IMG/VR virus record: IMGVR_UViG_3300032309_000634
Span: 1 to 64,000 of that record
Direction: 5' to 3' (one strand)
Source: a virus
DNA: 64,000 nt
This document shows, in pieces, positions 47,596 through 56,317 of the stretch (positions are counted from its first letter, which is position 1; every line of letters begins with the position of its first letter). The translations under genes and the position numbers were made by a program. The notes below the pieces were generated by a model. That model was not told where the DNA came from. It saw only the letters and a list, made by a program, of their open reading frames with translations, and searched no databases.

Positions 47596-48150
47596 TTAAA
47601 TCCAACAAATTAATTGATATTTATTGCCATTTTTAACTTCATGCTCTGTATACTCATATTCTGCTGGGTGAATAATAAGCTGCCCAGATTTTGGTTTAAT
47701 TTTTATGCCTAAATTTAAAAACTCTATTTCTCCACCATCATAGTTATCATTAATAGAATATTTAAAAGAAACTTTTTTGGTATTTTCATTTCCATAATTA
47801 TCTTTCATCTGGACCTGTTTGGCCCCATCTTCAGACTTAGTAAAATAAAAACTATAAAATAACGGTTTAGGAATATTATTTTTTTTAAAATATTTTATTG
47901 CTGATTCTGTAAACACTTCGGATGATATTTTAGATAAATCATGTAATAATAAATTTAATCCACTTTCTTTATTTACTTTAGATTCATCTTCAAAATTTAA
48001 AAAACCAATATGTTTATGCTTTAAGCTCAAGGGAGATGTTTCTGTCCATTTAAAGTCAGTGTTAAACTCACACATATCTTCTATACCGTCTATTGTTTCA
48101 TTTAAATCAATGTTTACATCATATAAATATATACCATGAGAAATTTCCAT
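47596..48150 (-). CDS. Degenerate 2OG-Fe(II) oxygenase lacking the iron-binding histidines
   Basis: NDNYDGGEIEF..KPKSG..V.NG.KY retained; HxD reads MKD and the distal His reads Y. Confidence 0.7.
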   Translation of the reverse strand: MEISHGIYLYDVNIDLNETIDGIEDMCEFNTDFKWTETSPLSLKHKHIGFLNFEDESKVNKESGLNLLLHDLSKISSEVFTESAIKYFKKNNIPKPLFYSFYFTKSEDGAKQVQMKDNYGNENTKKVSFKYSINDNYDGGEIEFLNLGIKIKPKSGQLIIHPAEYEYTEHEVKNGNKYQLICWI

Positions 48151-48350
48151 TACCATTTACCAATTGGGCAAGTTGCCTCTTCTAGCTTAGTTTTAAGATT
48201 CATGAAACAACCACATTTTTTGCACTGTTTACTTAGTTTAATAAAGTGCTCGCAACCTTTACAAATAGAAAATCTATCTATAGCAACCTCATCTAAAGAT
48301 CTAGGTTTATTTGGATTTAATAAATCCCAAGGTTTTACTGAATTGCTCAT
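48150..48350 (-). CDS. Small Cys-rich protein, copy 1 (CxxC..CKKCGCFM..CPIGKW)
   Basis: 66 aa, leaderless TGCTACAAT-6 nt-ATG; paralogue of 49435 and 63073. Confidence 0.8.
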   Translation of the reverse strand: MSNSVKPWDLLNPNKPRSLDEVAIDRFSICKGCEHFIKLSKQCKKCGCFMNLKTKLEEATCPIGKW

Positions 48351-48395
48351 TTAATAATTGTAGCATACAACTTGCTTATATACTAGTTATTATTT

Positions 48396-49373
48396 TTATG
48401 ATGTACACCTACAACATTTGTGTGCAAACAATGCTCCGCCACAGTTAGAGTTTAATGCTCCAGCGCCAGAAGCGTACCCAGAAGCAACACAGTTATCCTG
48501 ACAACTTTCCGCAGAGGGAACATGCTTATAGATAATAGTTTGGAAGTATGGGAAGAATGGAGGGAAGAAAGGTGGGAAGAACGGGAAGAAAGGTGGGAAG
48601 AATGGGAAGAAAGGTGGGAAGAACGGGAAGAAAGGAGGGAAGAATGGAGGGAAGAAAGGTGGGAAGAACGGAAAGAATGGTGGGAAGAAAGGAGGAAAGA
48701 AAGGAAAGAAAGGAAAAAACGGTGGGAAGAAAGGAGGGAAGAATGGAAAGAATGGTGGGAAGAAAGGAGGAAAAAACGGGGCTAAAGTAGTAATAGAACC
48801 AGAAGCTGCTGATAGCGCACTTGTACCATTAGCATTAGTTGCCGTTACCTTATAGGTTTGAGCAGTACCAGCAGTATCAGCAATTACGATAGGAGAAGTT
48901 GATCCAGTACCTGAAGTGCCGTCATCGCCTGTTACTGTAAAACTTGAAATTGTTTTTCCACCAGTAGCGGGGGCTGAAAAAGCAATTGAATTTTGATTAA
49001 CCCCAGCAGTTGGTGTTGGGGCTGACATTTGAGCAGGAACTGTGGTGGCTGTAATTGAGGCTGAGGCAGAGGATGCTGCAGACGTTCCTGATGCATTTGT
49101 AGCAGTAACTGTAAATGTATATGCTGTGTTAGATTGTAAACCTGCAACCGTAATGGGAGAAGATGACCCAGTTCCTGTATATCCTCCAGGAGAAGATGTT
49201 GCAGTAAATGATGTAGCTGCTGGAGATAATGCGGGTAAGGAAAATGTAACTGTTGCTGCGCCATCATTAAAGGCTCTTCCAGTTCCAACATCAGTTGCTG
49301 TAACACTAGTTGGGGCCATTGGCTCTAAAAAGTCATTTGAGGAAGCAGAACGCTTTCCAGTTTTTTTAGCCAT
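48396..49373 (-). CDS. Two Fn3-like domains + Pro/Phe repeat + 6-Cys tail (protein A)
   Basis: YTFTVTATNA Fn3 motifs; 79-aa (P)PFF tract; leaderless TGATATAAT-6 nt-ATG. Confidence 0.8.
   Translation of the reverse strand: MAKKTGKRSASSNDFLEPMAPTSVTATDVGTGRAFNDGAATVTFSLPALSPAATSFTATSSPGGYTGTGSSSPITVAGLQSNTAYTFTVTATNASGTSAASSASASITATTVPAQMSAPTPTAGVNQNSIAFSAPATGGKTISSFTVTGDDGTSGTGSTSPIVIADTAGTAQTYKVTATNANGTSALSAASGSITTLAPFFPPFFPPFFPFFPPFFPPFFPFFPFFPPFFPPFFPFFPPFFPPFFPPFFPFFPPFFPFFPPFFPFFPPFFPPFFPYFQTIIYKHVPSAESCQDNCVASGYASGAGALNSNCGGALFAHKCCRCTS
48543..48779 (-). repeat. Coding (P)PFF repeat of protein A
   Basis: 21 PFF/PPFF units plus PYF; plus strand almost all purine. Confidence 0.95.
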
Positions 49374-49434
49374 TTAGTTATTATATCATGGATTTATAGC
49401 ATAAATAAACATTTTTTAATAAATAAATCTAAGG

Positions 49435-49668
49435 CTACCATTTACCTATTGGGCATTTAGCAATTTCTAATTTAGTTTTAAATTTCATAAAACAACCACA
49501 TTTTTTACATTGAGATGTTAGTTTAATTAGTTCTGGGCAAGATTTACAAATATTAAACCTTTTTGAAGCATCTTCTTCAGATAGATGTCTTGTATTTGGA
49601 TTAAGCATATCTAGTGGAGTTGCACCATTTTTTTCTTTATATTTTTCCCATGCACTTTTTTCTGACAA
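49435..49668 (-). CDS. Small Cys-rich protein, copy 2
   Basis: CKSC..CKKCGCFM..CPIGKW; TTG start after AAGGGG. Confidence 0.8.
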   Translation of the reverse strand: MSEKSAWEKYKEKNGATPLDMLNPNTRHLSEEDASKRFNICKSCPELIKLTSQCKKCGCFMKFKTKLEIAKCPIGKW

Positions 49669-49704
49669 GGTAAACCCCTTTATTGTAGTTATATAATAAA
49701 AAAA

Positions 49705-50151
49705 TTAAAGTTTTGGATTAGGTACATAATTTGGATTTTTAGGATTATAAGGACCATATTCTGGTAATTGTAAAAGTTCGGCAACTGTTCTACCTTTAAG
49801 ATTAAACTTTTCGCCATCAAATGTGGCATTTGGAGCCATAACATAATATCCATAAGGATATTCATTTAAATCAAGAACTGTTGGGTTACTTAATAAAATT
49901 GAACCAAAATATTCATTGGTCTGATAAACTTCAATTTCATCATTTTCTTTAATAATTTGAAGGGTAGATCCATCATGCTCTGGATAATCAGAAGATATAT
50001 CTGTAATACCTTTATTTTTTGTAAATAAATCAATACCATAAAGTGTTGCATTAAAATTATAAAGACACTCACCATCAATAACAAATACTAATGGTGCTCC
50101 TGCTAACTTGTCTCTACTAAAAACATGTTGAATATCAATATCTTTAATCAT
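49705..50151 (-). CDS. Hypothetical protein
   Basis: 148 aa, SD AAGGA, TGATATACT upstream. Confidence 0.65.
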   Translation of the reverse strand: MIKDIDIQHVFSRDKLAGAPLVFVIDGECLYNFNATLYGIDLFTKNKGITDISSDYPEHDGSTLQIIKENDEIEVYQTNEYFGSILLSNPTVLDLNEYPYGYYVMAPNATFDGEKFNLKGRTVAELLQLPEYGPYNPKNPNYVPNPKL

Positions 50152-50185
50152 TAGTTATCCTTTTCTTTAGATAAGTATATCATGC

Positions 50186-51151
50186 TTAGTAACAGGCTCT
50201 ACCACTGTTTCCGTATACATAACACTGGTCGGGATAGCCACACATGTCATCGTAGAACTGCGAGTAGCTGCATCCATTTTGCGAAACGAAGGACGGGAAG
50301 AAAGGTGGGAAGAACGGGAAGAAAGGTGGGAAGAATGGGAAGAAAGGTGGGAAGAACGGGAAGAAAGGAGGGAAGAATGGAGGGAAGAAAGGTGGGAAGA
50401 ACGGGAAAAAAGGTGGGAAGAACGGTGGAAAGAACGGAAAGAAAGGAAAGAACGGTGGGAAGAACGGTGGAAAGAAAGGAAAGAATGGTGGAAAAAATGG
50501 CGGGAAGAATGGGGCCAATGTAGTAATAGAACCAGATGCTGCAGAAGCAATGCTTGTACCATTGGCGTTAGTTGCAGTAACTGTATAGGTCTGTGACGTT
50601 CCAGCAGTATCTGCAATTACAATAGGAGAAGTGGCACCAGAGCCAGAAGTTCCATCACTACCTGTTACTGTAAAGCTTGAAATTGCTTTTCCACCTGTTG
50701 CTGGTGCTGAGAAGGCAATAGAGTTTGAGTTTACACCTGCGGTAGGTGTTGGAGCAGACATTTGAGCGGGAACTGTTGTTCCAGTTACTGAAGAAGATGT
50801 TGTTCCTGTTGCAGTACCAGCAGCATTTGATGCTCTAACTGTAAATGTATATGCTGTATTTGAAGCAAGTCCCTGAAATGTATAAGATGGGGTTGAACTT
50901 CCTGTTGTTACAGTATAAGTTGAAGGAGTTGTTGTAATTGTATAAGATGTTGCTGCTGGAGACAAAGCTGGAAGGGTCCATGCAAGGCTTGCAGCGGCTC
51001 CTGTGCCTGCTGCTGAAGCTGCTGAAGTAGTATTTGCGGTTGCTAAATAGGGACGGGATGTACCAACATCTGAGGCTGTTAAGCTTGTTACATTTAATGG
51101 CTCTAAGAAATCATTAGAAGCTGATGAACGCTTACCTGTTTTTTTAGCCAT
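50186..51151 (-). CDS. Two Fn3-like domains + Pro/Phe repeat + 4-Cys tail (protein B)
   Basis: Paralogue of A (MAKKTGKRS.S.NDFLEP); 75-aa (P)PFF tract. Confidence 0.8.
   Translation of the reverse strand: MAKKTGKRSSASNDFLEPLNVTSLTASDVGTSRPYLATANTTSAASAAGTGAAASLAWTLPALSPAATSYTITTTPSTYTVTTGSSTPSYTFQGLASNTAYTFTVRASNAAGTATGTTSSSVTGTTVPAQMSAPTPTAGVNSNSIAFSAPATGGKAISSFTVTGSDGTSGSGATSPIVIADTAGTSQTYTVTATNANGTSIASAASGSITTLAPFFPPFFPPFFPFFPPFFPPFFPFFPFFPPFFPPFFPFFPPFFPPFFPPFFPFFPPFFPFFPPFFPFFPPFFPSFVSQNGCSYSQFYDDMCGYPDQCYVYGNSGRACY
50288..50512 (-). repeat. Coding (P)PFF repeat of protein B
   Basis: 20 units plus PSF, same unit order as in A. Confidence 0.95.
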
Positions 51152-51164
51152 TTAGGTTCCCTTA

Positions 51165-53237
51165 CTAAGCTGTTAGATCGCCGTAAACAACCCAAGTGTT
51201 TGTTGCTCTCTTGAAAAGAGTTGCAGTTGACCATTGTGTTCTTAATTTTAATCCTGGTGTTGAGTTTACTGTTACTCCAGCATCTCCTGCAATTGTTACC
51301 TGACCTGTTGAGGTTTGAAGGATATCAATTGAGGTTCCAACTGGGAAGGCTACTGCTGAGTTTAGTGGAATTGTAAGAGTCATTGCTGAAGCAGAACCCA
51401 TTTCAATTAAATCATCTCTTTCAGTTAGTGCTGAAAGTGTGTATGATGCTGTCTTTTGAATAATAGGTGTACGTGATGGAACTCCTTCAAGAGTTTGTGT
51501 TCCGTCTGTAAATATAAAACCACCAGCTGTTGAGCTAATAACTGCGGTTCCATTTACCTTTAAATCTTTTCCTGAAGCAAGGTTAATATGCTCTGAAGAA
51601 GTCCAAGAATCTGTTGCATCTACCCAGTTAAAGGTTTTATCAGTTGCGCCCTTAAGTGTAATTCCGCCACCGTCTGCAGTGGTATCAGTAGGGCTTCCTG
51701 TGTCTCCAAGAACAATATTTTTGTCTTCAATAACAAGGTTAGTTGAGTTAAGGTTTGTTGTAGTTCCGTTAACTGTTAAGTTCCCAGAAAGAGTAAGGTC
51801 TGCTGCGTTTACTGTTCCTGTAAAAGTAGGTGATGCAAGAGGTGACTTTAGGTCAAGTGCTGTTTGCTGAGCAGTTGATACTGGCTTGTTGGCATCTGAA
51901 GTATTGTCAACATTTCCAAGTCCAACATCTGATTTTGTGATTCCAGTAGGTGTATTAATTACTGGAGAGGTTAAAGTTTTGTTAGTTAGAGTTTCAGTCT
52001 TAGAAGCAGTTGACTTAGCATCTAACTGTGTTTGAATGCTTGAAGTAACACCATCTAAGTATCCAATTTCAACATCTGATACGTTAGCAACAGTTGCTTG
52101 CTTGCCGTTTAGTTGAGTTTGAATTGCTGAAGTAACTCCATTAAGATATCCAATTTCTGTGTCTGAAACATCGGCAACGATTGCTTGCTTGTTGTTTAAT
52201 TGTGTTTGAATAGCTGAAGTAACTCCATCTACATAGTTAAGTTCAGTTACAGATAAAGTTGCACCGTCAAGAATATTTAATTCTGCAGCGGTAGAAGTAA
52301 TTCCAGCTAATGTATTAATTTCAGCTGAAGTTGCAGTAACTCCAGCAAGCTTATTTAACTCTGCTGTGGTAGCTGTAACACCATCAAGGATGTTTAATTC
52401 TGTTGCAGATGAAGTCAAAGCTGCAAGAACATTTATTTGTGCTGCTGTTGCTGTTACTCCATCAAGAATGTTTAGCTCTGCTGTAGACGAAGTAATTCCA
52501 TCAAGTACGTTTAGTTCTGTGGCAGTTGCTGATAAAATAACATCTTCGTTAATTTTTGGGGAAGTTAAAGTTTTATTAACTAATGTTTCTGTTCCATTAA
52601 TTGAAGCAACATTGTCATCAGATACTGCTGTATTTAATTGAGCAAGAGTAGTTGTTAACGTATTTGAAGATAGATTAATTGTCTTGTTAGTTAATGTTTG
52701 AGCTGTACCGTCTAGGATAACGGTTCCGTTAGAATCTGGAAATGTAATAATTCTATCTGCTGTTGGATCTACAACCTGAAGACTGGTTTCAAATCCATTT
52801 GCTGTAGTACCTTCAAATTTAATTTCAGTTTGAACTTCAAGAACTGTACTATTAATAATAGTGGTTGTTCCTGATACTGTTAAGTCTCCTGATACTGTTA
52901 CATTTCCGCTGCTGTCGGAAAGAACTACTGTTCCTGACGCATTTGGAAGTGTAATAGTACGATCACTTGTAGGATTAGTTACTTCAAGTGTAGTTTCATG
53001 TGCATCTGCAGTTGAGCCTTCAAATGTAATGCTTGTTCCAAATGATGGATTTGCTGTTGAATTAGCATCAATAAAGTAATCAAGGTTTATCCAGTGATTT
53101 GTACCATCACCAATTTTAAATTTGTTTGTATCGGTTTCGTATCCGATTTCTCCTGCATTTAGAATAGGACCGTTGCCACTGTTAGTAGAGATCCACTGTG
53201 CTGCTGTACCCCTACGCTGTTGCATTCTTGTTGCCAT
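51165..53237 (-). CDS. Fibre protein: Mtd-N-like N-terminus, 13-aa ELNxLDG repeats, C-terminal W..GDL domain
   Basis: MATRMQQRRGTAAQW..GEIGYETDT.KFKIGDG; about 8 tandem 13-mers; ends TNTWVVYGDLTA. Confidence 0.8.
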   Translation of the reverse strand: MATRMQQRRGTAAQWISTNSGNGPILNAGEIGYETDTNKFKIGDGTNHWINLDYFIDANSTANPSFGTSITFEGSTADAHETTLEVTNPTSDRTITLPNASGTVVLSDSSGNVTVSGDLTVSGTTTIINSTVLEVQTEIKFEGTTANGFETSLQVVDPTADRIITFPDSNGTVILDGTAQTLTNKTINLSSNTLTTTLAQLNTAVSDDNVASINGTETLVNKTLTSPKINEDVILSATATELNVLDGITSSTAELNILDGVTATAAQINVLAALTSSATELNILDGVTATTAELNKLAGVTATSAEINTLAGITSTAAELNILDGATLSVTELNYVDGVTSAIQTQLNNKQAIVADVSDTEIGYLNGVTSAIQTQLNGKQATVANVSDVEIGYLDGVTSSIQTQLDAKSTASKTETLTNKTLTSPVINTPTGITKSDVGLGNVDNTSDANKPVSTAQQTALDLKSPLASPTFTGTVNAADLTLSGNLTVNGTTTNLNSTNLVIEDKNIVLGDTGSPTDTTADGGGITLKGATDKTFNWVDATDSWTSSEHINLASGKDLKVNGTAVISSTAGGFIFTDGTQTLEGVPSRTPIIQKTASYTLSALTERDDLIEMGSASAMTLTIPLNSAVAFPVGTSIDILQTSTGQVTIAGDAGVTVNSTPGLKLRTQWSTATLFKRATNTWVVYGDLTA

Positions 53238-53277
53238 ATTTATGTCCTCCCAGACCTTGTTCTATTATATCAGATAA

Positions 53278-53739
53278 TTAACTAAAATTATCTAATGGAC
53301 TTCCGCCGTCGTAACTGTTGTTCCAATAATCTGAATCATAAAATCCAGCAATTTCTGTTGATGTAAAGATTGAATCATAAAACCCTGCATCTTGGAATAC
53401 TGAAACAATTAATCCAGTTCCATCAATTGCAGTATCGTGAATGTGCTGTCTAAGATCGGCAGTATCAGAGAACGTAGCAATCATAATCCAATCAGCAGCA
53501 TCTGTAGAGTATACTGATACATGGCGTGATACTGTATCAAACCATAACTGCCCATTTACTGGATTTGCTGGGGCTGTTGATGCTGGGGCAGCAACTGCTC
53601 CTTTGCTATCTACATAAAGTTTTGTTGTTGCATGTGTATCAAGAGTAGGAGTGGCAACTGTTACAGTTCCCCCGAAAGTTCCGCCTTGGGTTACATCTAA
53701 CCCGTGCTTTACCTTAAAGTCTCTATTGGTAGTTGCCAC
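53278..53739 (-). CDS. Fibre adaptor-like protein
   Basis: N-terminus RDFKVKHGL like 53759; P.NGQLWFD; C-terminal aromatic DGG motif. Confidence 0.6.
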   Translation of the reverse strand: MATTNRDFKVKHGLDVTQGGTFGGTVTVATPTLDTHATTKLYVDSKGAVAAPASTAPANPVNGQLWFDTVSRHVSVYSTDAADWIMIATFSDTADLRQHIHDTAIDGTGLIVSVFQDAGFYDSIFTSTEIAGFYDSDYWNNSYDGGSPLDNFS

Positions 53740-53758
53740 TTCTAGCCTCTTTTCCTAA

Positions 53759-55603
53759 TTACGCTTCGATGTATGTCTTGCTTACCTTAACAGCTGTATC
53801 AGCAGCTGCTGCGGTAACCTGAAGAAGAACATTGCCAGATGAATAAACAGCATTTGTTGTTCCTAGTTCGCCATTGCTTTGTACATTGGCGTACTCTGTT
53901 ACATAAACATTGTTTGATCCATCTACTGCTACAAGCATTTCAATTACTTCAATGTCAGAACCCTTTTTCATTTGTACGACATATTTAGCAGCTGTGTATG
54001 TTGTTGCTGAGAATGTATCAATAGTTGTAGCTGAAGTTCCAGCAGTTGCTGTTGCAGATCCAACAAGTGCATCTGGTAGAGCAATGCTTGTTGCTGCTGC
54101 TGCGCCAAGAGTTGGTGTAACAAAAGTTGGGCTAGTAGTAAATGCTACTGTTCCAGATCCTGCTTCATCAGTTAATGCTGCTGCAAGGTTTGCAGAAGAT
54201 GGTGTAGCAAGGAATGTGGCTACGCCAGTTCCAAGACCAGAAACATCATTTGCAATTCGTACTGTAAGTGTATTGCTTGCACCATCAATTGTCTTATTTG
54301 TAAGAGTTTGTGTTGCAGCTGTTACTAGTGTGCCGTTTAGGTAATAGTCCTTACCAGAAGCAAGGTTAAGGTGTTCAGATGAGGTCCATGCATCAGTTGC
54401 ATCTACCCATGAGAAAGTCTTGTCTGTGGCACCCTTAAGAGTAAGACCACCACCGTCAGCACCTGCATCTGTTGGAGATGCTACTGAGCCAAGTGTAAGG
54501 TTCTTATCATCAATTGTGATTTCTGTTGAGTTAATTGTAGTTGTTGTACCATTAACTGTTAGGTCCCCTGAAAGAACCAAAGATGTACCAGTTGCTGCAC
54601 CAATGTTTGGTGTTACAAGTGTTGGGGTATTAGCAAAAACAAGTGCTCCAGTACCAGTTTCATCTGAAATTACTCCAGCGAGTTCTGATGATGAAGTTGC
54701 AGCAAATGCGCTTAACTTGTTGTTTGTAAGAGCAACAGTACCTGTAGCATCTGGGAAAGTTACTGTACGGTCAGCAGTTGGATCTGTAACTGTAAGTGTT
54801 GTCTCAAACGCATCAGCGGTTGCACCTTCAAGAACAATTGATCCATCTGAAAGTGTAAGTCCTGAAACTGTTGGGCTTGTAAGAGTCTTATTTGTAAGAG
54901 TCTGAGTATCAGTTGTTCCAACTACAGCACCAGTTACTCCGTGTACTCCAGTAGAAGCACCTGTGTGAGTTGTAAGGTCTGAAGAAGCAGCCTTATTATT
55001 TAACTGAGTCTGAATTGCTGATGTAACGCCATCTACATAATTAAGTTCTGTAGTTGAAAGTGTTGCACCGTCAAGGATGTTAAGTTCTGTAGAACTTGCT
55101 GACATAACAACATCTTCGTTAATCTTTGGTGATGTTAATGTCTTGTTGGTAAGTGTCTGTGTATTAGTTGTTCCAACTACCGCACCAGTGGCTCCATGAG
55201 CTTCTGTAAGATTTGCGTGTGTTGTAACATCTGAAGTAAGTGCTACTGTACCAGTTGCATCTGGGAATGTGATTGTACGGTCTGCTGTTGGGTCTACAAC
55301 TGTAATTGTAGTTTCAAAAGCATCTGCTGTTGCACCCTCAAATGTAATTTGTGTATCAAAAACACCAACTGCTGCTGGTGCTGCCCACTCAACGCCATAT
55401 GTTGCGCCTGAATTTGCTGTAAGGACTTGACCATTTGTGCCAACGCCTAAACGAGCTACTGCATCATCTGCACTACCAACAATCAAATCACCCTTAGCAT
55501 CAACGACACCTGCTGTGATAATATTTTTTCCATTAACGGTCGCAGTTGATCCCTCAACTACCAGTCCCGCCTTTACTCTAAAGTCTTTTGTTACTGTTGC
55601 CAT
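53759..55603 (-). CDS. Fibre protein
   Basis: KDFRVKAGL N-terminus; QTLTNKTL and ADRTITFPD repeats shared with 51165; C-terminal domain homologous to 55617. Confidence 0.75.
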   Translation of the reverse strand: MATVTKDFRVKAGLVVEGSTATVNGKNIITAGVVDAKGDLIVGSADDAVARLGVGTNGQVLTANSGATYGVEWAAPAAVGVFDTQITFEGATADAFETTITVVDPTADRTITFPDATGTVALTSDVTTHANLTEAHGATGAVVGTTNTQTLTNKTLTSPKINEDVVMSASSTELNILDGATLSTTELNYVDGVTSAIQTQLNNKAASSDLTTHTGASTGVHGVTGAVVGTTDTQTLTNKTLTSPTVSGLTLSDGSIVLEGATADAFETTLTVTDPTADRTVTFPDATGTVALTNNKLSAFAATSSSELAGVISDETGTGALVFANTPTLVTPNIGAATGTSLVLSGDLTVNGTTTTINSTEITIDDKNLTLGSVASPTDAGADGGGLTLKGATDKTFSWVDATDAWTSSEHLNLASGKDYYLNGTLVTAATQTLTNKTIDGASNTLTVRIANDVSGLGTGVATFLATPSSANLAAALTDEAGSGTVAFTTSPTFVTPTLGAAAATSIALPDALVGSATATAGTSATTIDTFSATTYTAAKYVVQMKKGSDIEVIEMLVAVDGSNNVYVTEYANVQSNGELGTTNAVYSSGNVLLQVTAAAADTAVKVSKTYIEA

Positions 55604-55616
55604 TTTATCTCCTTAA

Positions 55617-56063
55617 TTAGGCCTTTAACCCAATACGCAAGTAGCGTAAGGTTATCGGGGTTTGTCCACCCACAGGTACTACAGAAAGTGAAACTGTATC
55701 GCCTGCTCTAGATACGGAGATGGTGCCAATATTCCCATCATTATCTACTGTCCCATACTCGCTGACATTTACATTTGTAGCATCAGGGACTATGGTTAAT
55801 TCTGTGGCCCAATATTTATTTGCACCGCCAGAAGTCTTTTTAATTGAGATCATGTATTTTACTGATCTCCACTCGCTTGCTAAAAAGTTATCAAAAATTG
55901 TAGTATTTTCAATACCATTAATTGTAGACTCATTGTTGCCATCTGAACCAAGGTCAGTAGAACGAGCAGAAGCACTGTCAATCAAGTCTTCGTAATTTGT
56001 TTGACTTGGACGATCTCCAGTTTGGAATAAAGCTTTTACACTTGCGATTGATATTTTAGCCAT
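55617..56063 (-). CDS. Virion protein sharing a domain with the 53759 C-terminus
   Basis: F.TGDRP N-terminus; RSVKY..SEYG domain; leaderless TGATATAAT-6 nt-ATG. Confidence 0.6.
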   Translation of the reverse strand: MAKISIASVKALFQTGDRPSQTNYEDLIDSASARSTDLGSDGNNESTINGIENTTIFDNFLASEWRSVKYMISIKKTSGGANKYWATELTIVPDATNVNVSEYGTVDNDGNIGTISVSRAGDTVSLSVVPVGGQTPITLRYLRIGLKA

Positions 56064-56086
56064 ACGCTGATTATATCACATTTATT

Positions 56087-56314
56087 TTAGATAATATAGT
56101 TAGAAAAACCAATAATTTGAACACCAATTCCAGGTGGAGCTAATGGGTTTACCCCATCTATTCCAATGTTTACAATTCGTATTTTAAAAGGTAAAGTTTC
56201 TTTTACTTGAACTTTTTTAGCATAATTTGTATTAACTGCTTTTGAAGCTTTAGGTTTTATGTCAAATATAACTTTTGAATAATGGTTTACATCTAAAACT
56301 TTTACTTTAGCCAT
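56087..56314 (-). CDS. Small basic hypothetical protein
   Basis: 75 aa, ends PPGIGVQIIGFSNYII. Confidence 0.55.
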   Translation of the reverse strand: MAKVKVLDVNHYSKVIFDIKPKASKAVNTNYAKKVQVKETLPFKIRIVNIGIDGVNPLAPPGIGVQIIGFSNYII

Positions 56315-56317
56315 TTG

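Noticed and set aside
48522-50616. Plus-strand ORFs reading EERWEERE.. and GRKVGRT.., and the alternate minus frame SSHLSS..
   Set aside because: Shadows of the Pro/Phe codon repeat. Variation is synonymous in the PF frame, and these ORFs lack start signals.
48396-51151. Diversity-generating retroelement behind the variable tails
   Set aside because: No reverse transcriptase in the window, and the tails are unrelated rather than adenine-specific variants.
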